Positions 13,337 to 25,082 of a DNA stretch of 64,000 nt are shown here, piece by piece. Origin of the DNA: Mytilus edulis (lineage: Eukaryota); contig NC_092356.1 in NCBI RefSeq assembly GCF_963676685.1, positions 40,672,001 through 40,736,000 of the forward strand, given 5' to 3'. Within the stretch, counting starts at the first letter, position 1, and each line of letters begins with the position of its first letter. Below the pieces are notes generated by a model. That model saw nothing but the letters and a program-made list of their open reading frames with translations, did not search any database and was not told the origin of the DNA. The position numbers and the translations under genes were made by a program.

Positions 13337-15134
13337 AATAATAAATGTTAAAATTTGATTGAAACACCACTTATGTATATTGCAAGAACACATAAGATTT
13401 CAATGTTATAAGATATTTATTTATTTTCAACCTATTATTGCACATCATATATATTCAATTGTTGTTTAATTATTTAATACTTCCTTTGTGTGAAAATGTC
13501 ATTCTGTATACCTTTGTTCATACACGTTGTGTTAATCTATTTGTTACATTAAAGAAAATTCATTATAAAAAAAAGAAATAAAACTTCACAAGTTGAAACA
13601 GTAACCTATATAGCTATAAATTAGAATAAAACTGATTTTCGATTGTAAAATTATTGCGTCATTACTTATTTCAGATTTTGAATCCCACAAGTGGCATGTG
13701 CTTTCGACTGCCATTTTTTATTGACTAAGATAGACAGTTTTCGTGCCTAAGTTCGGATTGTTCTCTGCGGACACTCCGGTTTCTTCTACTAGTAACACCT
13801 GGCTTGCATTGAAAAAGCTAATAGTGATTAAAGTAGCGTTAAATAGCAAAAGTCAATCATTACTTATCTCGGACGTTTTCTACACAAATGATATCAATTG
13901 TTAAACAAGAATCTATCAAATAGAACTTTTATATCACTAAAACAATTTGTCTGCCTCACTCAACAATCAATCTGCATGATATTTGTAATATTTGCCACTG
14001 AACATGAGGCAGTGTTAAAAAAAATACTGTTTTTGAATACTTTAAAATCAAATACAGTTATACCTTTATACATTTACATCGATAGTTATGGTTAAAGATA
14101 AATTTTAAAAAATACAATGAAGGGGTTTTGAGGATAAATCAATATAGCCATAGAGGTTGGGTTTGCGCTTTACGGTCATTTTGTCTATCCTATGTTAACC
14201 TTCTCTGTAAGATTTAAACTTAATTAAACTTTTTCAAGTTTTGTTAGTTCGTTTTCTTACTTTATGTCGACATCCGTATATATAAACTATCTATTTTTTT
14301 AATTATGGAAAAGGGTGTGTTTCTGTCCAATAATTGAGCAATTTCAATGAATTAGTCGTTAGATCTCGTTTTGATTGCATCATTCGGTAGCTAAGCAGAC
14401 ATGTCCTTATGGGTCCAAAAGTTGATTCATTGACAGACTTTGTAAAGATCCTATGTGAAAATATGACAAAAAAACATCTATAGAGATATGTCCCTGCTAA
14501 ACTTAGATCTATAGGTTTAAGCTCTTGAGTTCCCAGTGAATATTTTTTTACGTTCACCTATTTTAGGTATACAATTACTAAATCACCCGAAAGTTCAAAA
14601 TCTGACGCACATCTTGACATGTACTCGGTTGTTTATCTGTTCTGATCTGGTTAGACAAGAAATGAAGTCATTAGGCGCATAGGAAAAGTCTCACTTTTAA
14701 AGCTGCGGTTTTTCTATTACGCGTTTTAAATAGACACAGTTGCCTGTCATTCAACTTTGACAAATAGTTCCACAATCCCAGCATAACAGCTTCAAAGAAA
14801 ACAAATGGTGAAATAATTCACTGCAAAAGAAATAACACAACTAATAATTCTATGCCATGCATTTTGTACGAAAAGACAGAGTAATGATAGTTACATACAT
14901 AAGAATGACAGGAACTATATTTTAAGACAACCGAATACGAGCGACTAAACATGTCATTTGTGAAAAAAAGACCATTTATTCTTTTTTCTATTTCGTTCTT
15001 AGATCTTCTCTAATGCTTTTCTCACTATTAAGCATGCAATAACATCTTAATTGCATGTGCAAAAATAGATATGTGCATCAAAAAGAAGTTGGCTAAATGT
15101 CAATGATACAGCAACATAACGACGAAAATATAAC

Positions 15135-16134
15135 CATAAAAGAGGGGCGAAAGATACCAAAGGAACAGTCAAACTCATAAATCTAAAACAAACTGACAAC
15201 GCCATGGCTAAAAATGAAAAAGACAAACAGAAAAACAATAGTACACATGACACAACATAGAAAACTAAAGAATAAACAACACGAACCCCACCAAAAACTA
15301 GGGGTGATCTCAGGTGCTCCGGAAGAGTAAGCAGATCCTGCTCCACATGTGGCACCCGTCGTGTTGCTTATGTGATTACAAATCCGGTAAATAGTCTAAT
15401 TCGGTAGGTCACATTCATGAAAGGGAAGGGGATTGTTGTTACGACGTAAGGAACATATCCGATATCATTTGTGAAACGGTTATTCCATAACGGTCAACCA
15501 ACTCGTGATGGCGTCCGTAAAATTTACGAAGGGATGATTTCAACTTCACCATTTGGAACTCTTGGTTTAATAGCTTCCTTGTGAGCAGTAACTCTCTATC
15601 AAGAAAATCATGATAGGAAATGCAAGCACGGGAATATCGTATCAATTGGGAGATATATACCCCGTATGCAGGTACTGCTGGAATGTTGCTACTTAGAAAT
15701 AGAAAATTCACAATTGGAAAGCTGAAATCATCTCTTTTGTCGTAAAGTTTTGTTTTCAACCGACTCTCATTGTCAATTTCTAGATGTAAGTCAAGATATG
15801 AAGCCCACTTAACTGTATCTGTAGTATCCTTTATCTCCAATTCGATGGGATAGAATCGTTCCACAAAGTCACCAAATTTTGAATTGTTTAGTGAAAGAAC
15901 GTCATCTATATAGCGGAAAGTAGAGTTAAAGGATATTGCTAACTTCTTATCTTTCTTCCTAAGAAGTTCCTGCATGAAGTCAGCCTCATAATAATAAAGA
16001 AACAAGTCGGCAAGTAGAGGGGCACAGTTTGTTCCCATTGGGATGCCGACAGTCTGTTGGAAAACACGTCCTCCGAACGTTACAAATATGTTGTCAATCA
16101 AGAAATCAAGCATCTTGATAATATCATAAGACAC
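15135..16134 (-). mobile_element. 5'-truncated Penelope-like retroelement (RT core and thumb, no C-terminal GIY-YIG) with 3' tail
   Basis: ORF 15439-16134: 'FQQTVGIPMGTNCAPLLADLFLY...FRYIDDVLS...YLDL...KLYDKRDDFSFPIVNF...AYGVYISQLIRYSRAC'. The tail 15135-15438 recurs at 20072-20240 and, degenerate, at ~61670-61950. Confidence 0.9.
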
Positions 16135-16749
16135 GTTTGTGGTAAAAACAGATGCGAGTTTTCATCAATGAGACAGCATCATAGTAACAAAAGATATTAT
16201 GATATTCACTTGACCGATGCTACCATTTGTTGTTTTTCTCAAATTTTTCTAAAACCTGATATCTTTAATTTACACAATGGTTACACAACAACAAAACTGT
16301 ATATAGAACAAAAATTGTAGACAGTAAAGAAAAGTTTCTTTCGTTAGGAAAATTATTGCTTCATTCATAATTACAGATTTTAAACCCCGCACGTGAAAGG
16401 TGCTTTCGACTCCAATTTGTATTGACAAGGATAGCCAATTTTCGTCCCTACGGACGGATAGTTCTCTGTGTACACTGCGGTTTCTTCCACTAATAAAAAC
16501 TAATTGCCATGAAAAAGCCAATAGTGATGAAAGTGGCGTTAAATAGAAAAAAAAACAATCATTGTTTGTTTTAGACGTTTTCTACACAAATGATTGATTG
16601 TTAAATAAGAATCTATCCAAAAAACTTGTATATCACTAAAACAATGTGTCTGCCTCACAAAACAATTTATAAGCATGATATCTGTAATATTTGCCATCGA
16701 ACATGAGGCAGCGTATGATAAAATAATGTTTTTGAATACTTTGAAATTA

Positions 16750-17525
16750 GATAAAATTGAGAATGGAAATGGGGAATGTGTCAAAGAGACAACAACCCGA
16801 CCAAATAAAAAACAACAGCAGAGGGTCACCAACAGGTCTTCAATGTAGCGAGAAATTCCCGCACCCGGAGGCGTCCTTCAGCTGGCCCCTAAACAAATAT
16901 ATACTAGTCCAGTGATAATGAACGCCATATTAATTTCTAAATTGTACACAAGAAACTAAAATTAAAATAATACAAGATTAACAAAGGCCAGAGGCTCCTG
17001 ACTTGGGACAGGCGCAAAAATGCGGCGGGGTTAAACATGTTTGTGAGATCTCAACCCTCCCCCTATACCTTTAACCAATGTAGAAAAGTAAACGCATAAC
17101 AATACGCACATTAAAATTCAGTTCAAGAGAAGTCCGATTCTGATGTCAGAAGATGTAACCAAAGAAAATAAAAAAAATGACAATAATACATAAATAACAA
17201 CAGACTTCTATCAGTTTACTGACATGCCAGCTCCAGACTTCAATTAAACTGACTGAAAGATTATGATTTCATCATATGAACATCAGGCACAATCCTTCCC
17301 GTTAGGGGTTTAGTATCATACCATCATAACATATATGAGACGAACATAACCCGTGTCATGCCAACAACTGATTTTAGAATAAATGTATTTAGTTCCGATG
17401 CAAAGACCTTATCAGTGACTCAATACTAACGCCAAAATATGCAATCTTTAATGACTTGACAGCAGTATCGTAATTATATCCTTTCTTAATAAGTCTATTC
17501 AAAGGTTTTGTAAGTTTCTGAGGTG
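16750..17525 (-). repeat. Non-coding 3' portion of the Penelope-like family found at 57448-58900
   Basis: 17183-17525 matches 57451-57790, which is contiguous with PLE RT sequence. A degenerate copy in the opposite orientation lies at ~35470-35980. Confidence 0.7.
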
Positions 17526-19216
17526 ATTTAGAGATACATTTTTACCTAAAGACATTTACGCTGCTAGTAAAAGTTAAAAAAAAATAATGAGAGGTTTAAC
17601 TAGCTATAAAACCAGGCAGTTTGATCCGACATTTGCTTCATAAGAAAATGCATTTACCAAGTCAGGAATATGACAGTTGTTATCCATTTGTTTTATGTGT
17701 TTGAGCGTTTGATTTTTCCATTTGATTAGGGACTTTCCTTAATTTTTAAATTTTCATCGGCGTTTATCCTTTAGTCTATTCGTTCTTTAATCTTCTTTAA
17801 TGCTATAATCGCTTTATCAAGCATGAAATAACACGTTTTCTAATACCTTTTTTAATACATCGTAATATACAATGCTAAAAAAATATCACCTTAAGGTTTT
17901 TAATCAATATTCAAAAGGCTAGGAATCTATAATACCGAATATAGAATATACATAGATACTTGTTTGTACCAAACTGACCAGTACGTATGATGTTGGTGTC
18001 ATATTATGAACGAGCGTAAATGTAATGTTGGTACTTACACTGATGTTTAAATTACACGTTTCAGTTTTATAGAAGTTAATGTACACATATTCTGAGAGTC
18101 TTTGTTATACATGCACATGTCAATGTTTACATTTTCAAATATTGATTCTTATAATCTGTTAAATAAATGGTTGAATGTGTACTTTGAAAAAATGTGATTT
18201 TGCTGTAATTTACCAAAGGTAGGCTAGACTTAACAAATGATTAAACTGCTTTGAAATGTTTATTAAAGATACCTTCTGTTTGTATTTATTCTTACTTGAA
18301 GATCAAATGCGATACAATTCAGTACACTTTGAAGACACTTATGGTTATCATAAGTATAAAATCTTCTACATAAAATGAAAATTAAAACCACATAAACGAA
18401 GATGTATTATGTAAAAAGTAAAATCACAAAAATACTGAACTCAGAGGAAAATCAATTTGAAAAGTCCATAATCACATGGCAAAATCAAAAAACAAAACGC
18501 ATCAAAAACGAATGGACAAGAACTGTCATATTCCTGACTTGGTACAGGCATTTTCAAATGTAGAAAATGGTGGATTAAACCTGGTTCTATAGCGCTAACC
18601 CTCTCACTTTAATAACAGTCTCATCAAATTCCGCTACATTTACATGATGCGTTAAATAAATAGTCACAATTAATAAAATAGTCAAAATATGGGTACATCA
18701 GTCATCATCGTATAACAACTTAACAGGACACAAAAACATCTACTATCTACGAACACATGGATTGATTTGAGTGTCTGACGTCAGAAAAATTATATACGTC
18801 ACATAAATTTGTCGTTCAATGTGCATACAAACAATTTTAAAATCTATATAGACAATGTACGTATACAGGGTAAGATTAATTGTTTTTCTATTCAATCTGA
18901 AGGTTGACATTCTAAAAAAACATAAGGGCACATATATAATTATGGCATCCACTCCATTTGAGTTAGGGTGTTTGACATGTACAGTCATTGTTGTCCTTGC
19001 TTTTTTGTTTGGTTTACTTATACCGCTCAAAAGTATTCTTGATAATGATACTATTTCTATTGCATATCAATGCGAATTGAAGAATGCATTTGCAGTTGAG
19101 AAGCAAGATAAAAAGTATGACACTTCGTGAGCAGTATGTATAAACTCTGAAATATAATATTTCTACTTTTTATTGCGTATCAGATTTATCTAAAAGCAGC
19201 GTAAAATGCTGTATAA

Positions 19217-20071
19217 TTATACAGAAAAAATAGAGTCACAATACTCAAGTGCATTCAAAATTGATTGATCCATATTAAAATATTTATAACTGGCTAGTCG
19301 TCCAACAAAATGTATATTTCTCTCCTTCTCTGCTAAAGCTTTATATTGTTCATACAGTTCCATATTTCTTTTGTTTGGAACAGGATAGTAGGGATCACCA
19401 TCGCTACATGTTGTCTCCGAGATAATCGTGGTGTGTGGCGAATCTTGATTGAGGAGATGTTTGTATTCTATTATCCTGGTAAATGGAGTTTCGGGACCTA
19501 GATGATTAACGTGAGCACATGGCTGGAAGAATTTAGTATTCTTCAAGCGTTGAATTTCAAAGTTTACGGATCTATACTCTAATTTAGGGTAGCAAACATT
19601 TGTGAAGAAATCATCAATATGTCCAGAATATATAATGGTACAGTTGGAGATAGTAGAAGAATCAATGCCAAAATAGTCACATGACAGGCGTACTGTTATA
19701 TTTTCACGGTCAAGGATGTTTTCGAGAATTTTTGTATAACCATCAGTAGGAAGTGCTTGATATTTGTCACTGAAGTAACGGTCATCGAAATAATTTCTTA
19801 CTGGTACATGTATTATAGCTAACACTGATGCATCCAATTCCTCTGGGTACCTCTTCCATTGTTTAAATGTATAATGCTTAAATATTTTTTCATACAAGGT
19901 TTCATCTACCCTTGGCGTGGCCATTTGATATCCATTATCAATATGTTCATGCTTCAATTGGTTTCAGGACAACCAGTCATCTGCTTCTTGTTGATTTGTT
20001 AAATGCTGTCCACATAACATATTAATAGTTGTTATGTTTGGTGGCAATGGTATGTATTGTCCATCAATTAC
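19217..20071 (-). pseudogene. glf: Bacterial-type UDP-galactopyranose mutase, intronless, 5'-truncated, with one in-frame stop
   Basis: ORF 19217-19957 has Glf motifs 'YEKIFKHYTFKQW', 'PVRNYFDDRYFSDKYQALPTDGYTKI', 'LEYRSVNF', 'FTRIIEYKH', 'PYYPV', 'FVGRLASYKYFNMDQ'. The frame extends upstream as 'VIDGQYIPLPPNITTINMLCG...DDWLS*NQ' with TGA at 19964-19966. The N-terminal FAD-binding GxGxxG is missing. Confidence 0.92.
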
Positions 20072-20240
20072 TAAGCAACACAAACCCCATCAAAAACTGG
20101 GGAGGGGGGTGATGTCAGGTGCTTCGGAAGGGTAAGCAGATCCTGGTACACATGTGGCACCCGTCGTGTTGCTTTTTATTAAAAATCCGGTATATAGTCT
20201 AATTCAGTGAGTAACATTCGTGAAAAGGGAAGTGTATTGT
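20072..20240 (-). repeat. Penelope-like 3' tail fragment abutting the truncated glf
   Basis: Matches 15275-15440 ('acgacgggtgccacatgtg...gcttacccttccgaagcacctga'). Confidence 0.8.
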
Positions 20241-20314
20241 AAGGAAGGTGAAAAAGACAATATGCAATAACATTATAGTTAACAGTATACATGTGATCTT
20301 GTACAAGTGTTTTG

Positions 20315-20485
20315 TGAGTTTATTTACAACCACTGGGTCGATGCCACTGCTGGTGGAATATGACCAAATATTTATTCCCTGAGGGTATCACTAGCCCCAG
20401 TAGTCATCACTTCTATGTTGTCATGAATTATCATTGCGTTTTGAAATACTAAGGGTTTTCTACCTCAGGAATAGATAACATTAGA
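20315..20485 (+). repeat. Partial retrozyme family A unit (structured domain, no hammerhead), inverted relative to the 25-kb array
   Basis: 'accactgggtcgatgccactgctggtgg...gagggtatcactagccccagtagtca' is the reverse complement of the array domain. Confidence 0.8.
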
Positions 20486-20806
20486 ACAGTACACGAATTT
20501 ACAACGAACGTTGTTAACGACAAAAACATAGTACAAAGAGAATGAATCGTGCAGTGTGAAAATTCTGAGGTCAGTAAATGTCTGTATTATGTATTTCAAA
20601 CAATGCCATCACAAAATACTCCGTCGCAATTTCTTTACTGCGTTACCTAACCTAACTTCCCATACGACGAAAACTCCGTTATTTTGACAACATTGGGTAA
20701 ATTTCCATGAACTACAGATTTATAAAGCTCTATATAGAATGAATTCAATATACAAATATATTTTTTTAGAGGAAAAAAGGTTTACTAAACAAACATTACA
20801 TATATA

Positions 20807-20933
20807 ACACATAGCTGAGAGGGTGATAGAGCAGATATTACCCGGGAAAACATTGTCAATCACGCCGAAGCCAAGGTTGACAATACTTTTTCGAGGGGTA
20901 ACAATCTGGTCTATCACCCTCTCAGCTATGTGT
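20807..20933. repeat. Long palindrome / fold-back element
   Basis: 24-bp perfect arms acacatagctgagagggtgataga / tctatcaccctctcagctatgtgt, with further imperfect pairing inside. Confidence 0.8.
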
Positions 20934-21446
20934 CATTTAATGTATTATACTGAATGTCCTATCATCATTGTCTTTTACAGATTTAATTATTTTAAAAGTT
21001 TTTTCAATGACAACGTTACGGGTATTATAAAAAATAACAAAACTTAATATAAGCAAGAGGTTTTTTTTTATTGTCAAATAATAAATTATGAGTCAAAACG
21101 TAGAACTTAAGCATTGTATTTAAATACTTGATGTAAATTCAATTCATTGTCCTTTAAATAATCGAGTTTTGATTTATCATGACGAGAGGGTAACATTAAA
21201 ACAAAATTGTCACCCGCTCAGCAATGTGATAGAATACACACCCTCGTATAAGCCAATCAAAACCTGGCATTTTAACGTGAAGTGTAATAAATATTAATAT
21301 CTAATTATCGATTATTACCGCGACTGGTGTGAAATTTTATGACATATTCTATAATAGTGTGTAATTTCCAGTGCTATTCAGTCTCAATTTTGTAGAAATT
21401 CAATAAAAATCTACATCATATTTATATAGCAATCTATTAGTATATA

Positions 21447-23213
21447 TGTCGTGTACATGTTATTATTGTGTACAGGTTATTACTTGTACAAACATTTTAT
21501 ACAAGTGATTACTTCTATGAAGCCATTATACAAGTTATTACTTATAGAAATACATTTGTACAAGTAATAACTAGTTAAATTTTTACTGAGAAAAAGATTA
21601 CTTCCATGCTTGTACAAATCATTATATTTGATGTTCTCAAGAATTGTTTCCCTTTTTTGAATAACAAATATATCATGAGCAAAACTTAAAAAAGACAAGC
21701 CAAAACTTGAGTGTTAAGATGGAAAACAGTGTAGAAAAACAATATCAAGAAATAATTAACCCTAATAATTCGCTTTCACACGGGTAAGACAGTATAGAGA
21801 GAATATAAGTAATGTAAGGGAAGCCAAGATAGATTCCAAAAAGCCAGCACTTCAAAGATATTTCTTAGGACAGAAAGGTGTTATAAATGTAGCAGTAATT
21901 GAACAACACATTCCCAAATGAGACGAAACTGTTTATATTGTGCAGTTGATGAACTTTACCCTTTGATAAGAACAGCACATGTCAAAAGATGATTAAAAAG
22001 ATTTAGAAATTGGAGACATTGAAATGGTAGACAGAGGTCTGATTGACTGTAGAAATATCAAAGGAGTTATACTGAATATTGCGGGAAAATGAAAAATAGG
22101 AACACAAGTTGAAATCATGATTGGTTTAATGAGTCGAAATCAAATTGAAAAGGATTTGACAGAGTTGGATATACCATAAAGCACTGATGTTAACGTCATG
22201 GAAGTAGTACAAGTGTTTTCTTTGAGTGGTGATTCAGATCATGTTCACTGGCAGTTGTCGGGCAGGCTGTCTCCGGCGCAGAGATCATATCCGTTCTGTT
22301 CAATACTTTGTAACACTACACTCAAGGTGGCATGGTAGTATTTCCTGGCCCATAAAGGATAATGATAACTTTTTTAGAATTTTCACCACTTTCTAACACA
22401 GCAAAAAAATCTACAGTCAAAGTTCACTGAAGTACTTTCATTTTACTATTCAGAAATGAATGTAAAACAATTCAAACGAGAAAACAAACGGCCATGTGTA
22501 TGTACAGAAATGAAAGAAAGAAATATGTAACACATCGACAATCCACAACCACTGAATGACAGGCTTCTGACTTGGACATGCAGATACATAATGTGGCGGG
22601 GATAAACATGTTAGCGGGATCCCAACCCTCCCCTACCTGGGACGGTGATGTAACATTAAAACATAATAAAGAACTATAAAAACCAGTTGAAAAAGGCTTA
22701 ACTCATCAGATGGATACGATCAGAAATACTACACAGAGTGGACGTGACCAGATTCTGTTATATCCAATGCAACAACAACAATGAAAACCCACTAAGTTCA
22801 GAATACACATTTGAAAAAAAGAAAAGAAAAACAAACGCAATATAGATTTCAAAAATCAATGTAGTTTCTATGACAAGAAAAAAATAAACAAACAAATAAA
22901 TAGATACGAGAAAACAGTAAAAGGAAAATAATACCCGACAATTGACAAAAAAATTTCCCAGACTTACTAAATCAAAGAAAGGAGTTTTTCAATAAAACAT
23001 TTTGTTTAAATCAAAAGTAGAAGCACATACAACTCAAAGATATTGTGTTGTACAAGTTATTATCTTTTTCTCAACAAAAAAAGTACAAGTAATTACTGGT
23101 ACAATTATATTTGTACAGGTAATAACTTGTATGATGGCATCATACAAGTAATTACTCATACAAAGTTTTTGTACAAGTAATAACCTGTACAAGATAATAA
23201 AATGTACACGACA
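21447..23213 (+). mobile_element. Internally deleted Ginger2/KRBA2-like DNA transposon with ~200-bp imperfect TIRs
   Basis: Termini TGTCGTGTACA...TGTACACGACA. Remnant peptides 'YCAVDELYPLIRTAH' (~21935) and 'VDRGLIDCRNIKGVIL...KIGTQVEIMIGLMSRNQI' (~22027-22147). Nested SINE-like repeat at ~22455-22800. No clear TSD. Confidence 0.65.
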
Positions 23214-24599
23214 TTTTTACAGATCTCTGGGTAATTATGTGATTTTGACCAGACCAAAGCGTTGAATTTAAAACCCTGAATCTTGAGCACCAGCACAAAT
23301 TGATGACAATGACAGCATTATCACAGAGTAAAGGTATATTTTTTTCAATCACACACATAACAAGGGTTGGTGGTGTTTTTTTTTTTTTTTTTTGTTTTTT
23401 TTTGTTGTTGTTTTTTTTTTTTTTTTTGCACAGCTCATTAATTATCATTTTGTTTATGAAAATCACATATAAAGATATTGTTTCCTTCAAATGTTAAAAC
23501 TATATTTTAAACGTTTTATGGTACTTAATTGATCACAATTGAATTTTTTAAATTATGAGTTTTACAATAGATAATATTGTCTATTGAAGGTCGCATATAA
23601 AGAACGTCTATGTATAAATAGATATATTCTTTATATTCTTAAATGGAATTTATTTTTAAATGTTATGTCTAGTTAGTCCATATAGGTTTGATATTGATTT
23701 TTTTTTCATTTGTCTATATATCTCAATATCTAACACTTAAATAAATTAATCATCATCGTTTGAGTATTTGAAGTTTCAAAATACCAATTAGAACTCAAGA
23801 AAAATGGGCCATTGGTGTATAGGTTAACATTTTTTTTTAAACAAAAAAAGACATTTTAATTCTCAATAAATCATGTTCACTGTCGGTTTATTTACTTTTT
23901 CCAATGGTGCACAGGTTTACACAGTAATTATTTCAAACATAACAAGATATTTTAATTGTCAGTCAATCATGTACATTGCCAGCTTTTTTACTTGATTTTG
24001 TTGAGATATTCCATCAGAAATTGGAAAGTCTTTTTTTTTTTCAATTGAAAAATTCACCAATTGACACTTCTTTTATAAATGTGAATGTGTTCATCTTAAG
24101 AGTATGAAACGTACCTGCATCTCTTAGAAAAGAATATGGTGTTTCTAGAAGTCTTTTGTTAATTATGAACATATTTAATGAATATTGGAAAGCCATATAT
24201 GCTTCATATAAAACTAAAACCGCAACGGTCTCGATTTAATATAAGTGCAATAAGTATATGTAGTATAATTAAATCTTCTTTATATAGAATACTTCAGGTT
24301 TTGTTTAAATCTTCTTGATTGGGTAAAAATAGTCATTATGTTTACTGTCAAAGGAAAACTTTAAATAGAATACGATGTCGTCACGATTATTTGAAGCAGG
24401 GAGAAGGGAAGTATAAAATCAGACGTTAAGGTTTTCAGGATGGAATTTTTACTTTCAGTAAAGAAAAACTAAATACCAAAGTAATGTCGGCAGTCAGATT
24501 AAGATAGCATAGACATAGCGTCGATTATTGATTAATTAGATACATGTTGAAAAACACATTGAACAATTACAAACGATTTTCTAAGAATTGACCACAGAG

Positions 24600-24644
24600 A
24601 TGACTGAACAAGCAGAAAATTGCGACAACAATCTAACTAATCAG
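24600..24644 (+). CDS. Possible first coding exon (MTEQAENCDNNLTNQ) of the rootletin-like gene
   Basis: ATG preceded by an in-frame stop. Donor cag|gttagt is phase 0, matching the 30550 acceptor. No homology support. Confidence 0.3.
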
Positions 24645-25082
24645 GTTAGTTTCATTGATTGTACAATAATGTGACTTTAGATATCGTATTTTTTAATATA
24701 CAGTTTTCAGATTGTATAAATCCATTTCTAAGATACAAATCAAGGTCAACATAAAAGCTGACAGTATTTCACGCTTTTCAAATGGCAAGAGTCTTTGCGA
24801 ATTGCGAATAATGCAAGCATATTGGGGACTCTTCTTAATCGATCGTCGCTTTCGATCTCACTCCTTTCAGGTTGCACTTTGTAAATACAGCTGTTCTCAA
24901 AACACGCCTCTTTTGGGGAGATCTTGAATATTAATAGAAACTTAATTTTGTTTACATACTGGTTTCCAGTTATGCTCTTTGTGTTCCATCTTACAGAGAC
25001 ATAACTTGGGAATGTTACCAGTAAATAAACATGTGCATATTGTTTACATTGAAATCTGTGGTAACTTTTCATTCAAGGTAGT

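Larger units (their letters stand above)
6738..13572 (+). mobile_element. L1/Tx1-clade non-LTR retrotransposon, 5'-truncated within ORF1, inactivated
   Basis: 16-bp TSD aagaaataaaacttca at 6722-6737 and 13573-13588. Short A tail at 13567-13572. ORF1 and ORF2 remnants described below. Confidence 0.92.

Noticed and set aside
15047-15355. Hydrophobic 102-aa ORF as a membrane protein
   Set aside because: It lies in the T-rich PLE 3' tail. Similar spurious ORFs arise from other repeats (16539-16832, 29058-29267, 41307-41513).
19964-19966. In-frame TGA in glf as selenocysteine or read-through
   Set aside because: Not an evident conserved Cys position, no downstream SECIS was seen, and the gene also lacks its FAD-binding N-terminus. 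A nonsense mutation is simpler.
19217-20071. Bacterial contamination or an operon around glf
   Set aside because: No neighbouring bacterial genes, and both flanks are host repeat families found elsewhere in the window. Read-level confirmation is still needed.
23152-23497. Lys-rich and Phe-rich ORFs
   Set aside because: They are products of a poly-T tract at ~23375-23428.
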